A stretch of 64,000 nt of DNA from Eledone cirrhosa (Eukaryota), in the NCBI GenBank assembly GCA_964016885.1, contig OZ024741.1, positions 295,430,001 through 295,494,000 on the forward strand, given 5' to 3'. The notes under the pieces were generated by a model, which worked only from the letters and a program-made list of their open reading frames with translations, ran no database searches and was not told the DNA's origin. Positions 39,229 to 51,704 of this stretch are shown here, in pieces. Within the stretch, counting starts at the first letter, position 1, and every line of letters begins with the position of its first letter. The translations under genes and the position numbers were made by a program.

Positions 39229-39690
39229 GAATGAAAAATAACAGGTTCTCTCCTACTTCTCCAACCCCTGCATATCTTTCCTTCTCTCTCCATCTTCCCT
39301 ACTTTTCTCTCTTCCTGTTCCACTCTATCTTCCCCAACAACCCCACTTAAGGGTTTTTACATTGTATATTTACCATTCTGCTCTGAGGAAACAGTGGTCA
39401 CAGCATTGGATATTCGAGTTCTGCAAATACTTGTGAATTTGCACGTAGCGGAACTAGGCTGCAGTACCACCGTGGAAACACTTGTAAGCACACGGAATAA
39501 ACTACCTTTTTATGATATCTACCTGTTATTATTCATTCTTTATATACACTCCGGAATACTGAAGGATCAGGAACTAAGTTTCTTGAACAATTCTTCCATA
39601 ACTCGTAGAGTAACCTCTTACCGTACGTCAACCATATCCAGTGTAGTAATTAACCATCACTGCATCTTGGATAATCCTATACCTAATATA
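39226..39690 (+). mobile_element. TA-embedded Penelope pLTR-like element
   Basis: Hammerhead motif followed by AATAAA; 39226-39246 is an inverted copy of 39521-39541; (TA)n flanks. Confidence 0.6.
39379..39490 (+). ncRNA. Type I hammerhead motif with long branched stem II
   Basis: TGCT-CTGAGGA-aACAGTGGT...ACCACCGTg-GAAA-CacttG-TA-AGCA. Confidence 0.6.
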
Positions 39691-39719
39691 TATATATATG
39701 TGTATATATAAATATAAAA

Positions 39720-42373
39720 ATATGGAAGCTAAAGGACCCCACAGCCAGGAATAAATTTCAAAGCATATTACTTGATGCTTTCGACAGTAAGGAAGAACAT
39801 TTAGAGTCGGACAATATAGAGGGAGAATGGGAATTTCTGAAAGCAAACCTGCTGTTGGCGACAGACGAAGTCTGTGGCTGGAGCAGGCCTGTAGGCAGGA
39901 GGAGAGTAACATGGTGGTGGAACAGTAAGGTGGAGGGGTCAATTAAGGCCAAAAAGCAGGCTTGGAAAGTATGGCGGGATGGGGGAAGTAGAGAAGACTA
40001 TCAAGTGGCCAGGAGGGAAGCTAGGAGACAAGTGTACTTAGCAAGAAGGGAAGCTGAGGAAAGAAAGTTCAAGGATGTTCTACAACGCGATGACCAAAAA
40101 CGTGAGGTGTTCAGGATTGCTAGGCAATGCGTCAAGGAAAACCGTGATATTGTCAGGGAGAAGTGTGTACTAAACGACGATGGCACACTTGCCATCACCG
40201 ACGCTGATAAGAAGGTAGCTTGGAAGTGTCACTATGAAAGGCTACTAAATGAGGAGAATAAATGGGAGAAAGACAGTCTCCCCCATATCGACCCAATAGA
40301 GGGACCAGCAGTGTTAGTCGAGGGGAGTATAATAAGTAAGGCAATCAAGGATATGAAGACGGGTAAGGCGGCTGGGCCTTCGGAAATAGTTGCTGAGATG
40401 CTGAAGGCATCTGGCACGGTGGGACACACCATGGTCACCCGCATAGTTAACCAAGTCGTACAGAATGGGGTTGTTCCGAAGGACTGGCATAGCAGCATCA
40501 TCGTTAACTGTTATAAGGGTAAAGGAGACGCCCTAGATAGGAGTAACTATAGAGGCATTAAATTAATCGACCAGGTCATGAAGGTCACGGAAAAAGTAAT
40601 AGCGCAACTAATCAGAGAGAGAATTGACCTAGATGAAATGCAGTTCGGGTTTGTGTCAGGCAAAAGTACCACAGACGCTCTTTTCATAGTACGACAACTA
40701 CAGGAGAAGTACCTAGCTAAAGGTAAACCCCTCTACTTAGCTTTTGTCGACTTGGAGAAAGCCTTCGACAGAGTCCCCCGCTCCATTATCTGGTGGGCTC
40801 TTAGAAAACTAGGCGTTGACGAATGGCTTGTGAGGGCTATACAAGCCATGTATAAAGAAACAGTCAGCAAGGTTAGAATTAACAACGAATATAGTGAAGA
40901 GTTTAGCGTAAAAGTTGGCGTCCATCAGGGCTCTGTTCTCAGCCCCCTACTATTTATTATTTCCCTTCAGGCTATAACAGAGGAGTTCAAGACAGGCTGC
41001 CCATGGGAACTCCTATACGCAGACGACCTGACACTCATAGCGGAATCAATGGCCGAGCTAGAGAAGAAATTCCAAACATGGAAGCACGGCCTAGAGTCAA
41101 AAGGACTTAAAATTAACCTGGCTAAGACCAAAGTACTAGTTTGTAGGAAAGAAAACAAGGCGGCGGTCCCTTCTGGGAAATGGTCGTGCTCGGTGTGTAG
41201 GAAAGGCGTAGGTAGAAACTCCATTTTATGTCCTAAATGCAAAGTATGGGTGCATAAAAGATGTAGTGGGATCACAGGTAAGCTAACTAAGAACATAGAT
41301 TTTACATGTGGCCGGTGTTCTGGTGCAATAAGTAGCAGCAAGTGCCCACAAAATACTAGCTCTTTCAATTGCGCAGAGGGTTCTATAGAAATAGTGGACA
41401 GCTTCCGTTACCTGGGCGATAAAATCAGCAGTGGGGGAGGGTGCTCCGAAAGTACTGTAGCTAGAGTCAGAACTGGTTGGAAAAAGTTCAGAGAGCTTAT
41501 ACCACTATTAGCTGCTAAAGGGTTCTCCCTAAAAATGAAAGGCAGGTTGTACGATGCCTGCATACGAACAGCAATGCTGCATGGCAGTGAGACCTGGGCA
41601 TTGTGTGCAGAGGATATACGCAGACTAGAGAGGAACGAAGCTTGCATGCTCCGCTGGATGTGTAACAGTAATATACGTGAACGGCAAAGCATAAACGAAC
41701 TAAGGAAAAAATTAGAGATAAGAGGGATCAGATGTTGTTTACTCGAGAGAAGGCTACGTTGGTATGGACACGTGATGCGCATGAAAGTCGATAGCTGTAT
41801 AACAAAGTGCAGGGCAATAAAGATAGACGGTAGTCACGGAATAGGCAGACCTAGAAAAACCTGGGACGAGCTGATAAACTCCGACATCACACACTTACAC
41901 CTCTCCAAGACAATGTCACTGGACCGAGACCTTTGGCGGTACTCAGTAACAGAGAAGACCCGCCTTACCTAAATATATAGTAAAACCTACTCCAGCCAGT
42001 AGGCATCTCTAACAAAATACACCCCGTCCCACCACCACCACCCCCACCCCATCCACACCACCCCGTTCTATGTAAAGTTATGTTGGTGCCGCGCCATCGA
42101 GGCCGAAACAAATGAGATCGTGTAGGTGTCACGACAAAAAAACACACAGTCCACGCTGTAATGTGGCCGTGTAGGCAACACGGTAAAAACCTCCCAGACC
42201 CACACTGTAAATGTGGTTGGTGTTAGGAAGGGCATCCAACTGTAGAAAACCTGCCAGACAGTCCTATGCGAGCAAGACAATCACTCTTGCCTCAAGTGGG
42301 ACTACCCCCGTCCAAACCCATGCAAGCGTGGAACACGGACGTTAAACGTTGATGATGATGATGATGATGATGA
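39720..42373 (+). mobile_element. 5'-truncated RTE LINE (second subfamily) with uninterrupted RT frame
   Basis: ORF 39855-41972 (705 aa; the frame is open from about 39720) with RT and PHD-like finger; no APE; (GAT)n tail. Confidence 0.95.
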
Positions 42374-42501
42374 TATATTATGTGTGTGTGTGTAAATATG
42401 TATGTATGTATATATACATATATTTACATCTTATATATATAATATATATATATGTATGTGTGTGTGTGTGTGTGTGTATGTGTGTATACATACACACACA
42501 T

Positions 42502-42552
<51 letters not shown>

Positions 42553-43812
42553 ATGAGTGAGTAATAAACTCATTGGAAGTAGGTAATGTAACAAACATCT
42601 AATATAATCATGTCTACTTGATCATATTAAATATGTATGTTATATTATGGAACTGATAAATCATAATCAATAGCTACTAAAACTCTACATCAATGAGAGT
42701 TGGTGATGACAAATACAAGCTGACTAATAGACGAGGGTTTTTTTGTTTTACTGTTTACTCAGGGAAGAATCACTGGACAGATTTTATGGGCAAAACCAAC
42801 TGACAGGAGACCCAAAACAAGATGGTTGGATAACATCCATGAGCTCGTCTGGTCTCACTTTGGGATCCAGCTGGAGTAGTTGGAAATGGTTACTACTGAC
42901 AGGCATCTCTGGAAGGTGTATTTGAGGACTCTGCCCCCACAACCCTCCCATGAGAAGAAGAAGAAGAAGAAGAAGAAGAAGAAGAAGAAGAAGAAGAAGA
43001 AGAAGAAGAAGAAGAAGAAGAAGATATCTGAGATCAGTGGGGGAAGGAGAGAAGAAGGAAGGTATACTCAAACTACTAATGGTGGTTAATGAATTAAACT
43101 TTTTATTACCATATATCTAATGAAAGGCACTCTATGATTTTCAAATGAGTTTGCAAATAATCAAGAATTCTCTTTAAGTTGGATTGCCAATATCAGTAGA
43201 GTATTGGACACCATGCTTTGCAGCATATAGTTACACCTCTTTATGTTCAGAGTTAAAATCCTGCCAAGGTTAGCTTTGCCTTTCATCCTTACAGAGATGG
43301 GGTCAATAAAATAAAGTTCCAGTAATGCATTGGGGCTGATCTAATTGACTTTCCCTTTCCCAAAAAATAGTAGGCCTTGTGCCTAAATCAGAAACCATTA
43401 TTAAGCTGTTGTTTAAGGGCGGTGGATTGGCAGTATTGGTAGAGGGTCGGACGCCATGCTTTGCAGCAAAGAGTTATAACCCTTTATGGTCTGAGTTCAA
43501 ATCTCGCCGAAGTTAACTTTGCCTTTCATCCTTATGGGGTCGATAAAATAAAGTACCAGTAATACATTGGGGTAATTACTGGCCTTGTGCCAAAAGTAGA
43601 AACAATTATTAAGCTGTTGTTTGAAATATTATTTAAAGGTTATTACATAAAATTACAATGGAAATTGTTTTTAGTTAGATATAAATGCTATATATGATTC
43701 TACTCAGTATCATAGAACTATGGGTGATTTCAGGGAGGTGGAGGGTTCATTTCAAAAGGTTGTCTACTACCCAAATAGGTCATATCAGGATTTGAACTCA
43801 GAATGTATTTAA

Positions 43813-44866
43813 CCCTTTAGTATTTACATTACTCTATACTAGCTGACGTACCCAGCTTCGCCCGGGTAAACAGAGGATAAGAGAAGACAGGTAAAAGAGA
43901 AAATGACTGTATTGGATGTTTGTCTGGTTACAGTATGAGGTGAGTCTGTGTGTCTGTGTGATACAAAAAACAGTAAAAAATCTTCCAGATATACCAGATT
44001 CTTCGTTGTACCATTTGTGCATAGTATATGAACAATTCTAGGTGCTCCCACCTAGAATAGTGACCTCTAGGAGATGGTTCATCTTCTGCCTGACTGTAAA
44101 ACGTGTATCATTGCATAGACGTGGTTGTTCCACGTTTCTCAAAAGGATGATGGAAGTTCCAATCTTTTATATTATAGGTAGATATAGATATAGATAATTA
44201 ATATAAAAGATGATGCTCAGCCAGTTCATCTTCAACCATCGCAGCACGCCGTTGCTGCTTGGCTCCAGTGTTTTGTTGGCGTTGTTCAGCCAGCTCCTCT
44301 TCATTCATGGCGGCACGTCTTTGCCTCTGAAGTTCGGTGTTCCGATGGCGTTGTTCGGCCCGTTTTTCTTCATTCCTGGCTGCACGCCGTCGCCGCTGTA
44401 GTTCACTGTTTGATAAAGTCGAATTGCTTTTACTTTCTGTGGAACGCTGCACACACGCACAGACACATAAACATATGCACACGTACATAGACACGCACAC
44501 ATGGTAATAGTTACAGCGTTCACTTTGCCACTCTGTTTCTTACTCTCCCCTCTCACTCCCTCATTGGCATTATGCATATTAATTTAAGTTTGGCGTCGTT
44601 GAGGTGGGCGGAGTCATTTGAAACCTATGAACCAATGACAATCGAGAATTATGACACACGGAATAATGACATTGTTGAAATTAATATATAGATATACTAT
44701 TGTATTTTCTCAGTAAAGGCTTTACCTCACATAATTATCTTACATAATACCAAATCTATGAGATTTTGATTTTATTTATTTTGAGAACATCAGTATAAGT
44801 GGCCGGTTACAGCCAGTTCGAAGAGAAAGAGGTAAGAGAATCCTGGCCAGTTTAAATGTTAAAGGG
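43813..44866. mobile_element. piggyBac-like MITE hosting a Helitron derivative
   Basis: TTAA|CCCTTTAGTATTTA ... TAAATGTTAAAGGG|TTAA. Confidence 0.7.
43839..44692 (-). mobile_element. Internally deleted Helitron
   Basis: 5' A|TCTATATATTAAT at 44692; 3' hairpin ACCCGGGCGAAGCTGGGT plus CTAG|T at 43839; PIF1 remnants KIGTSIILLRNVEQPRLCNDTR and TTKNLVY; R/E/Q-rich N-terminal repeats. Confidence 0.82.
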
Positions 44867-47800
44867 TTAAATAAAATGTTTAATTTCGAACAGATTTGAT
44901 TGTCACAACAATGTGTTTGATAAAGAAATAATTTTGGCTTACCGGTCGTCAACATGAATGATCAAGTCCCTTATCCATTTGTTGCTTCACTTCTAATCTG
45001 TTCTCTTTGAAAAGGATCTGTTGATTGAAAATTCAGAAAAAAAGATGAAAACTATGTTTAAAATCTCAAACTTATTACAATGCTTCAAATTCACCTAAAA
45101 AATTTCTTCAAACTGTTATTTTAACTCTTTTAAGTGCCAGTGTTACTTTTTGGTAATTTATTACTCCATGCTGGAATTGCTCATTAATTTTGACATTTTT
45201 TGAAAAATTAGAAAAGATTGGGGCACTCTATGGTCAAAAACATACCAGTATATTTTTGGCAATCAATGAATTAAGAGTTTTGTTAGTTGTTATTATTAGA
45301 CAAATGGCTCCATTTATTAAAACAATTAATTTTGAACAAAGATCATATAACTAGTTTAAATTTCTCTCTTCAACAATAATGGTGAATAATAGTTAATGTG
45401 ATATCAGAAATAGAATGGTTGTGATACAGAGAACAATGATAAAAGCACAGAAGTAAATTTCTTATCCTTCTCATCTCTCACAGTATTAAACAATTGTGCC
45501 TATCAATTTGGAAGCTTTACAAAATCTAGATCATTCTTTTTTATTTATGTTTCAACACTTCCTTTCAACAAAGAAGATTTAAAAGATATTATCTTTATCT
45601 GCTTTGGACAATTGATTTAGATTATCTTGTTAAAGGATTAACTTAAAAGTCATCACACCATGTATACAAGACTGTTGTTGTAGTTATTATCATCTTCACT
45701 ATCACTATCATGCTACCTTGTCACATGTTATACTCATTTAGCTTTCTATTGGATGATTTAAACAGACTGCTTGAGAGTTCTGGACCAATATACCTTATAT
45801 TTCTTAACTATTTTGATGCCAAACCAATTAAAACTATCTCTGCTTCAATGAAATAAAACCATACATTTAAAGGTTTCTTTTTTAAATTAAATTCTTCTAA
45901 CATAATTTTATATAAGAACCATATGTTAAATTACTATCTTAGTTTTGAAATAATTAATAATTTTAATAAATCCTTCAAAATTCTTCATTAGTTTATTGAA
46001 ATAGGGTGTATTTCATTATAAATATGACCATGAAAAGGTTAATGCTGTAAAGTGAGATTAATAGCAATAAGATAGATTGATATAGGAACATCACAGATGG
46101 ATGTTGGCTTCTGTTAAAGTTAGTTGTTTAGCCTCAAATCAGCTATAATCTAATCAATCCTATGATGAAACGAATATCAATATATGCTTTATTTCTGAAG
46201 TGAAAATTATGGGAAAATAGGATGTGGCTCAAGGGTAGTGTAACTGAACCAGTACTACCATTAAGGCCAACTGACTAGGGAGCCATGTTACTGAACTTTA
46301 AAGGATCACAGTTTTACACATATTTCATCATTATCATCATCATTTCACAATTCTATACACTTTAACAGTAAACCTGTGATAGTGAAAGTAGACAACATTA
46401 ACTCAAATAGTTTACTGCACTCTAGTGGGAGAACGATCAACAAGATCCCATACATCATTCACTTACTGAATGGGGTCTTCATCAAATAGGACAAAGGAAA
46501 CAAGGTTTCCATTCGTCTTTCCATTGCTGATATTGGTTGCAACTGCTAGCAGAAGGTTCAATGTGAAATAAAGTGACTTGCTCAACTACATAATGCATCA
46601 CCCGGTCCAGGAATTGAACCTGCAGCCTTACAATTATGAATCCAATTTTCTAACCACTAATCCACACATCTAGTAAGTTAGCAATATATTCTAATCAAGA
46701 TGAAGATTGTATAACATTGTTGGCAGTGTGTCATATACTATTTCATTTAGTATAAAAATATTCTACAGCAAATATTCTAGGCTAAGTTAATAATGGTTTC
46801 TAATTTAGGCACAAGACCAACAATTTTGGAGGAAGGAAAAGTCGATGAAATCGACCCTAGTGTACTACTGGTACTTTATTTTATTGACCCCGTGAGGATG
46901 AAAAGCAAAGCTAACCTTGGCAGGATTTGAACTCAGAACATAAAGAGACATAACTCTATGCTGCAAAGCATATTATCTGATGCTCTACCAACATTACCAA
47001 TCGACTGCCCTCAGTGGTTAATAATACTTACTAATTTAGGCACAAGGCCAACAATTTTGGAGAAAAGGGAAAATCAATTATACCAACCCCAGTACTTTAT
47101 TGGTATTTTATCAACAATGGAAGTATGGAAGGCAAAGTTGGCCTCAGCAGGATTTGAACCCAGAATGCAGAAAGTCATAATTAAATACTGCAAAACCTTT
47201 TGTCCAATGCTCTAACAAAACAGCCAACCCACTACCCTCAGACTAGGTCAATAATTGATTCTACTTTTGGCACAAGACCAGCAATTTGAAGGACAGGGAA
47301 AAGTCAATTAAATTGCCTCCAATGCATTACTGACACTTTATTCTACCAACCCCTTAAGGATGAAAGGCAAAGCTAACCTCAGTGGGATTTGAACTCAGAG
47401 CATAAAGAGCCACAACTATATGCTGCAAAGCATATTGTCTGATGCTCTAAGCAAGTTTACCAATCCAGTCCTAGACTGGGGTTGTACAATCTTCATCAAC
47501 TCTGGAAAGATAATAAGCAAAGTAGACCCCAACAAGATTTTAACACAGGGTATGGAGAACCAGAACTAATATAGCTACACATTGTAATGACTCCACCAAC
47601 TAGCTGTCTGATGAATTAGACACTAATTTACAAAAACTATCTTTAAAATAAATAAAATGAGCATGCAGCAGTTTTTAATTGGGATTTTAGAAAGTTACAC
47701 AACATTTAAATAATGTACATAATAAAAAATAGTTGAATCACTTTATTTTAAATATTTTGGGACTTTGCTCATCACAAATTTAAAAATACAGATTTTATTG

Positions 47801-49185
47801 GTTTTTGCTAGCTGCATGCTACACATGTTTTACATGATTTGTTTAGAATTAGAATGTTTCAAAGGGTAACATATTGGTGTGTTAATGGTATTCAAGAAGA
47901 TTGAAACTCTGCAAGTCAAATTAATTTAGATCAAAACGTGCCTGGAATTTTATGGAGGGAAACATTTTACTTTTAATCAAAGAATATTTTGTTTATTTTT
48001 ATTTGTTAAAGAAACATTGTTTGTGTTTTTCTATGCTGCAAGATATAGTATCATAATTAAAGTTGTTTTGATAACCTGGGATGATGAAGATATAGATGAA
48101 TATAGGTATTAGGAGCTAGGGATATGTTGAAGTTTGTATGGTTGAAGCTGGGGAAGAGAAGAGCAGACACTATAGTTGAAAGATAGAGAAACATCATCCC
48201 TCTGCTACAAAAGGATTAAGTCCTTTTGAGGCCCTAGGCACTTAAAAAATTATGGTGCCCCACCCCTTCATTTATAAATCCTGCAAACATTTTTTTTATA
48301 ATGACAAGTAGATTAAACAAACTGGCAGGAGACCTAGGGGCAAAATCAACTTGCAGGAGACCCAGGGGAAGACCCCGAGCAAGATGGTGAGATAACATCC
48401 ATGAGCTCAGCTGGCCTTCCTTGGGGATCCAGCCAGATCAATTGAAGACAGTTGCTTCTGATAGGGCCCACTGAAAAGAGTTACTTAAGGACTCTGCCCC
48501 AACAGCCCTCCCAGGAATAAGTGTGCAAAGAAGAAGAAGAAGAAGAAGAAGAAGAAGAAGAAGAAGAAGAAATTGCGTCCCTCTTCCACCGATGCCCAAA
48601 GCATGAACCTATTTTTCTTAATGGTTAATTCAGCCTGAATTACCACCATCCTACTTCCATCTCAAATTTTGTCAACATTGAAAATCTTTTAACTCATCCA
48701 GAATTACTGATGTATTATGATTCTTGTTTAACTATGATCCCTACCAATCAACACTTTACCACACAATTTTGTTTGTATTACAGTTTCTGGGCTATAGAAT
48801 ATAAAACAATATTCATTCAGATATTTATATATTGGTTGTTTATATTGCAAGGAAGAATGTGATGTTTCTCAATACAAACTTCAAAATCCTTGATTAATGG
48901 ATAGAAATTGATATGATTGCAATACCTGGACAGATAACATGAAAATCCTGTTTACAATAGTAATAATATTAAATGAGTTAGCAGCTTTTAACATTAGCTC
49001 AATCCCTCATGAGTCTCATCACAACTGTTTTCTGTCATTGCTAGAATACTACATTCAAAATGTATTTGTTACGTCAATTCTAAAATTATTTACTGAGCAA
49101 CTTCTATTGAAATGTTGTAACTGACAGAACTGAAACATTTCATTGGGAGACTAGGTGGAAATAATAATAATAATAATAATAATAC

Positions 49186-49390
49186 AGGGATGGTTAAAGA
49201 AAATCGGCCCCGTCACGCTTTTTGGAACGCTTCAAAAGGCATGCTTGCTTGGAACAGCAAGAACCCTCGGATACGTCATGAATATCTAAGGCTGCAGGTA
49301 GTGGCTTGATATTCATTCCAACGGACTTTCCAGTTAACCAACATCAATGACTGAGATTCAAGGAATAACAACAATAATAATAATAATAAT
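49186..49390 (+). mobile_element. R4/Dong extreme 3' fragment between (TAA)n runs
   Basis: Matches 54995-55200. Confidence 0.9.
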
Positions 49391-49655
49391 AGATTATTAT
49401 TTCACCACCAATACCACCACCACTACCACGATGAAAACTCTGGTCAAATCGACTCAAATGTATACCCCAAGTACAACACCATCACTACAGTAATACGACC
49501 ACATCACCACCACTACTAAACGACTACAGATTATTATTTCACCACCAATACCACCACCACTACCACGATGAAAACTCTGGTCAAATCGACTCAAATTTAT
49601 ACACCAACTACAATACCATCACTACAGTAATACGACCACATCACCACCACTACTG
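49391..49655. repeat. About 137-bp tandem duplication
   Basis: AGATTATTATTTCACCACCAATACC... starts at 49391 and 49528. Confidence 0.85.
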
Positions 49656-49729
49656 CCTCAGTATCGCTACCGCCGCTATTCTCTCCCACTACCTCCTGCT
49701 AGTTGCTGCTAGCACAGCACCGCCCCCAC

Positions 49730-50762
49730 ATTGTAGAATTCCTACTAAAAAAGAGGAAGGCATCAAAATATATAAATAGACTCAAAAGAAAAAACAAAAA
49801 ATCAAAATCAAAGCAGCACAGCAACAACAACAACAACAACAACAAAAAAAAAAGTAAAGAAAATAAGAATGAAGAGAGAAACAAACGGACGGACAGAGAA
49901 AGGAAGGGAAAAACTAAGTCAGACATTCGAACACTACATTACAATGAAACTTATGCTTATTCATTTTTGGAGTTTTTTCTGCCTGTTTGTTTGTTTGTTT
50001 ATTTGTGTTCGTCTACAACGTGATAATGCCACACAAGAGCCACGTGGAGTGACGCAACCACCGGAGGCGGTGAATCCACCGGTGGTTATGTAACCATACA
50101 TTCACCAATCCTCGATAAGAGTGTTTAAATGTCGAACCTAAACAGTTCGAATAACGGTGAAATGGAGACTAGAACGTCATGTGACAGACTCTCACCCAAC
50201 AGGTGCTCCCTGGCTCCTATGCAAAGTAAACAATTTACCACATTCTGAGAAGTGGTATGAGCATAAGCCAGAGTCGGTGATAGAGTCGGTGATAGAAAAC
50301 GATCAGGTGAAGGTGCTGTGGGATTTTAGGATACAGACGGACAAGAAACTGGAACACAATAGACCTGACCTGGTGGTTGTGGACAAAGAAAAGAGATCGT
50401 GCCTGATTGTGGATGTGGCCTGCCCATTCGACACGAGAGTGCAAGAGAAGGAGAGGGAGAAAATTAGCCGATACCAGGGCTTAAAGTGGGAGGTAAAAAG
50501 GATTTGGAACTGCCATGAAGTCAAAGTGATCCCGATTGTCATAGGCGCACTGGGGACTATCTCCAAAAGTTTCCAGGGATGGTTAAAGAAAATCGGCCCC
50601 TTCACGCTTTTTGGAACGCTTCAAAAGGCATGCTTGCTGGGAACAGCAAGAACCCTCCGATACGTCCTGAATATCTGAGGCTGCAGGTAGTGGCTTGATA
50701 TTCATTCCAACAAGCTTTCCAGTTAACTAACATCAATGACTGAGACTCAAGGAGTAATAACA

Positions 50763-50815
<53 letters not shown>
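49730..50815 (+). mobile_element. Internally deleted R4/Dong copy (5' UTR joined to endonuclease)
   Basis: 5' UTR and ORF start are fused at about 50212 to the RLE region; ORF 50157-50678; (TAA)n tail. Confidence 0.88.
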
Positions 50816-50816
<1 letters not shown>

Positions 50817-51704
50817 TATTCAAATATTCAACTTTGTATTGTACACTGTATATCCAAAAAAAATAAAATGGCTATAAATGGAAGAAGAAGAACCCCCCCC
50901 CTCCTCTCCTCTGGCTACACTATATAGGACAGCGAAACTCAGCAACACCAGAAACTAGATACACCACCCACCCCATCATCTGTGTACACTAAACACAACA
51001 GCATTTTCACCTTCACCGCCACCGCTCACTACGGCCATCATTACCACCACTATCCCATCACCGCCGCCACCACCCCTTGACTCCTTCACTGCTGCTGCCA
51101 CCGCTACAGCACCATCACTACAGTAATACGGTCGCATCACCGCCACCACTGCCTCGGTATCGACATAACCACCACCACTGTCTCAGTATCGCCAACGCCG
51201 CCAGTCTCTGCTGGCTGCCACTTCCACATTATAGAATTCCTACTACTAACAAAGAGGAAGGCATCAAAATATATAGATAGACTCAAAAGAAAAAAGAAAA
51301 AACAAACAACAAAAGCAGCACAGCAACAACAGCAAAAAACAAGAAAAACAAACAGAGAAAAACAATAACAAAAAAAGACACCCCAAAAACGTAAAGAAAA
51401 TAAGAATGAAGAGAGAAGCAGGCGGACGGACAGAGAAGAGGGGGGAAAAACTAAAACTTAAAAAACAAAAACTAAGTCAGACATTCGAATACTACATTAC
51501 AATGAAACTTATGCTTATTCATTTTTGGGGCCCTTTCTGCCCGTGTGTTTGTTTGTTTATGTGTGTCCGTATACAGCGTGGTGATAATGCCACACAAGGG
51601 CCAAGTGGGATGGCGGATCCACAGATGGCTATGTAAACATACATTCGCCAATCCTCGATAAGAGTGTTTAAATATCGAACATAAACAGTTCGAATAACGG
51701 TGAA

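Noticed and set aside
47603-47625. CTGATGA within a small hairpin
   Set aside because: No downstream GAAA or stem III.
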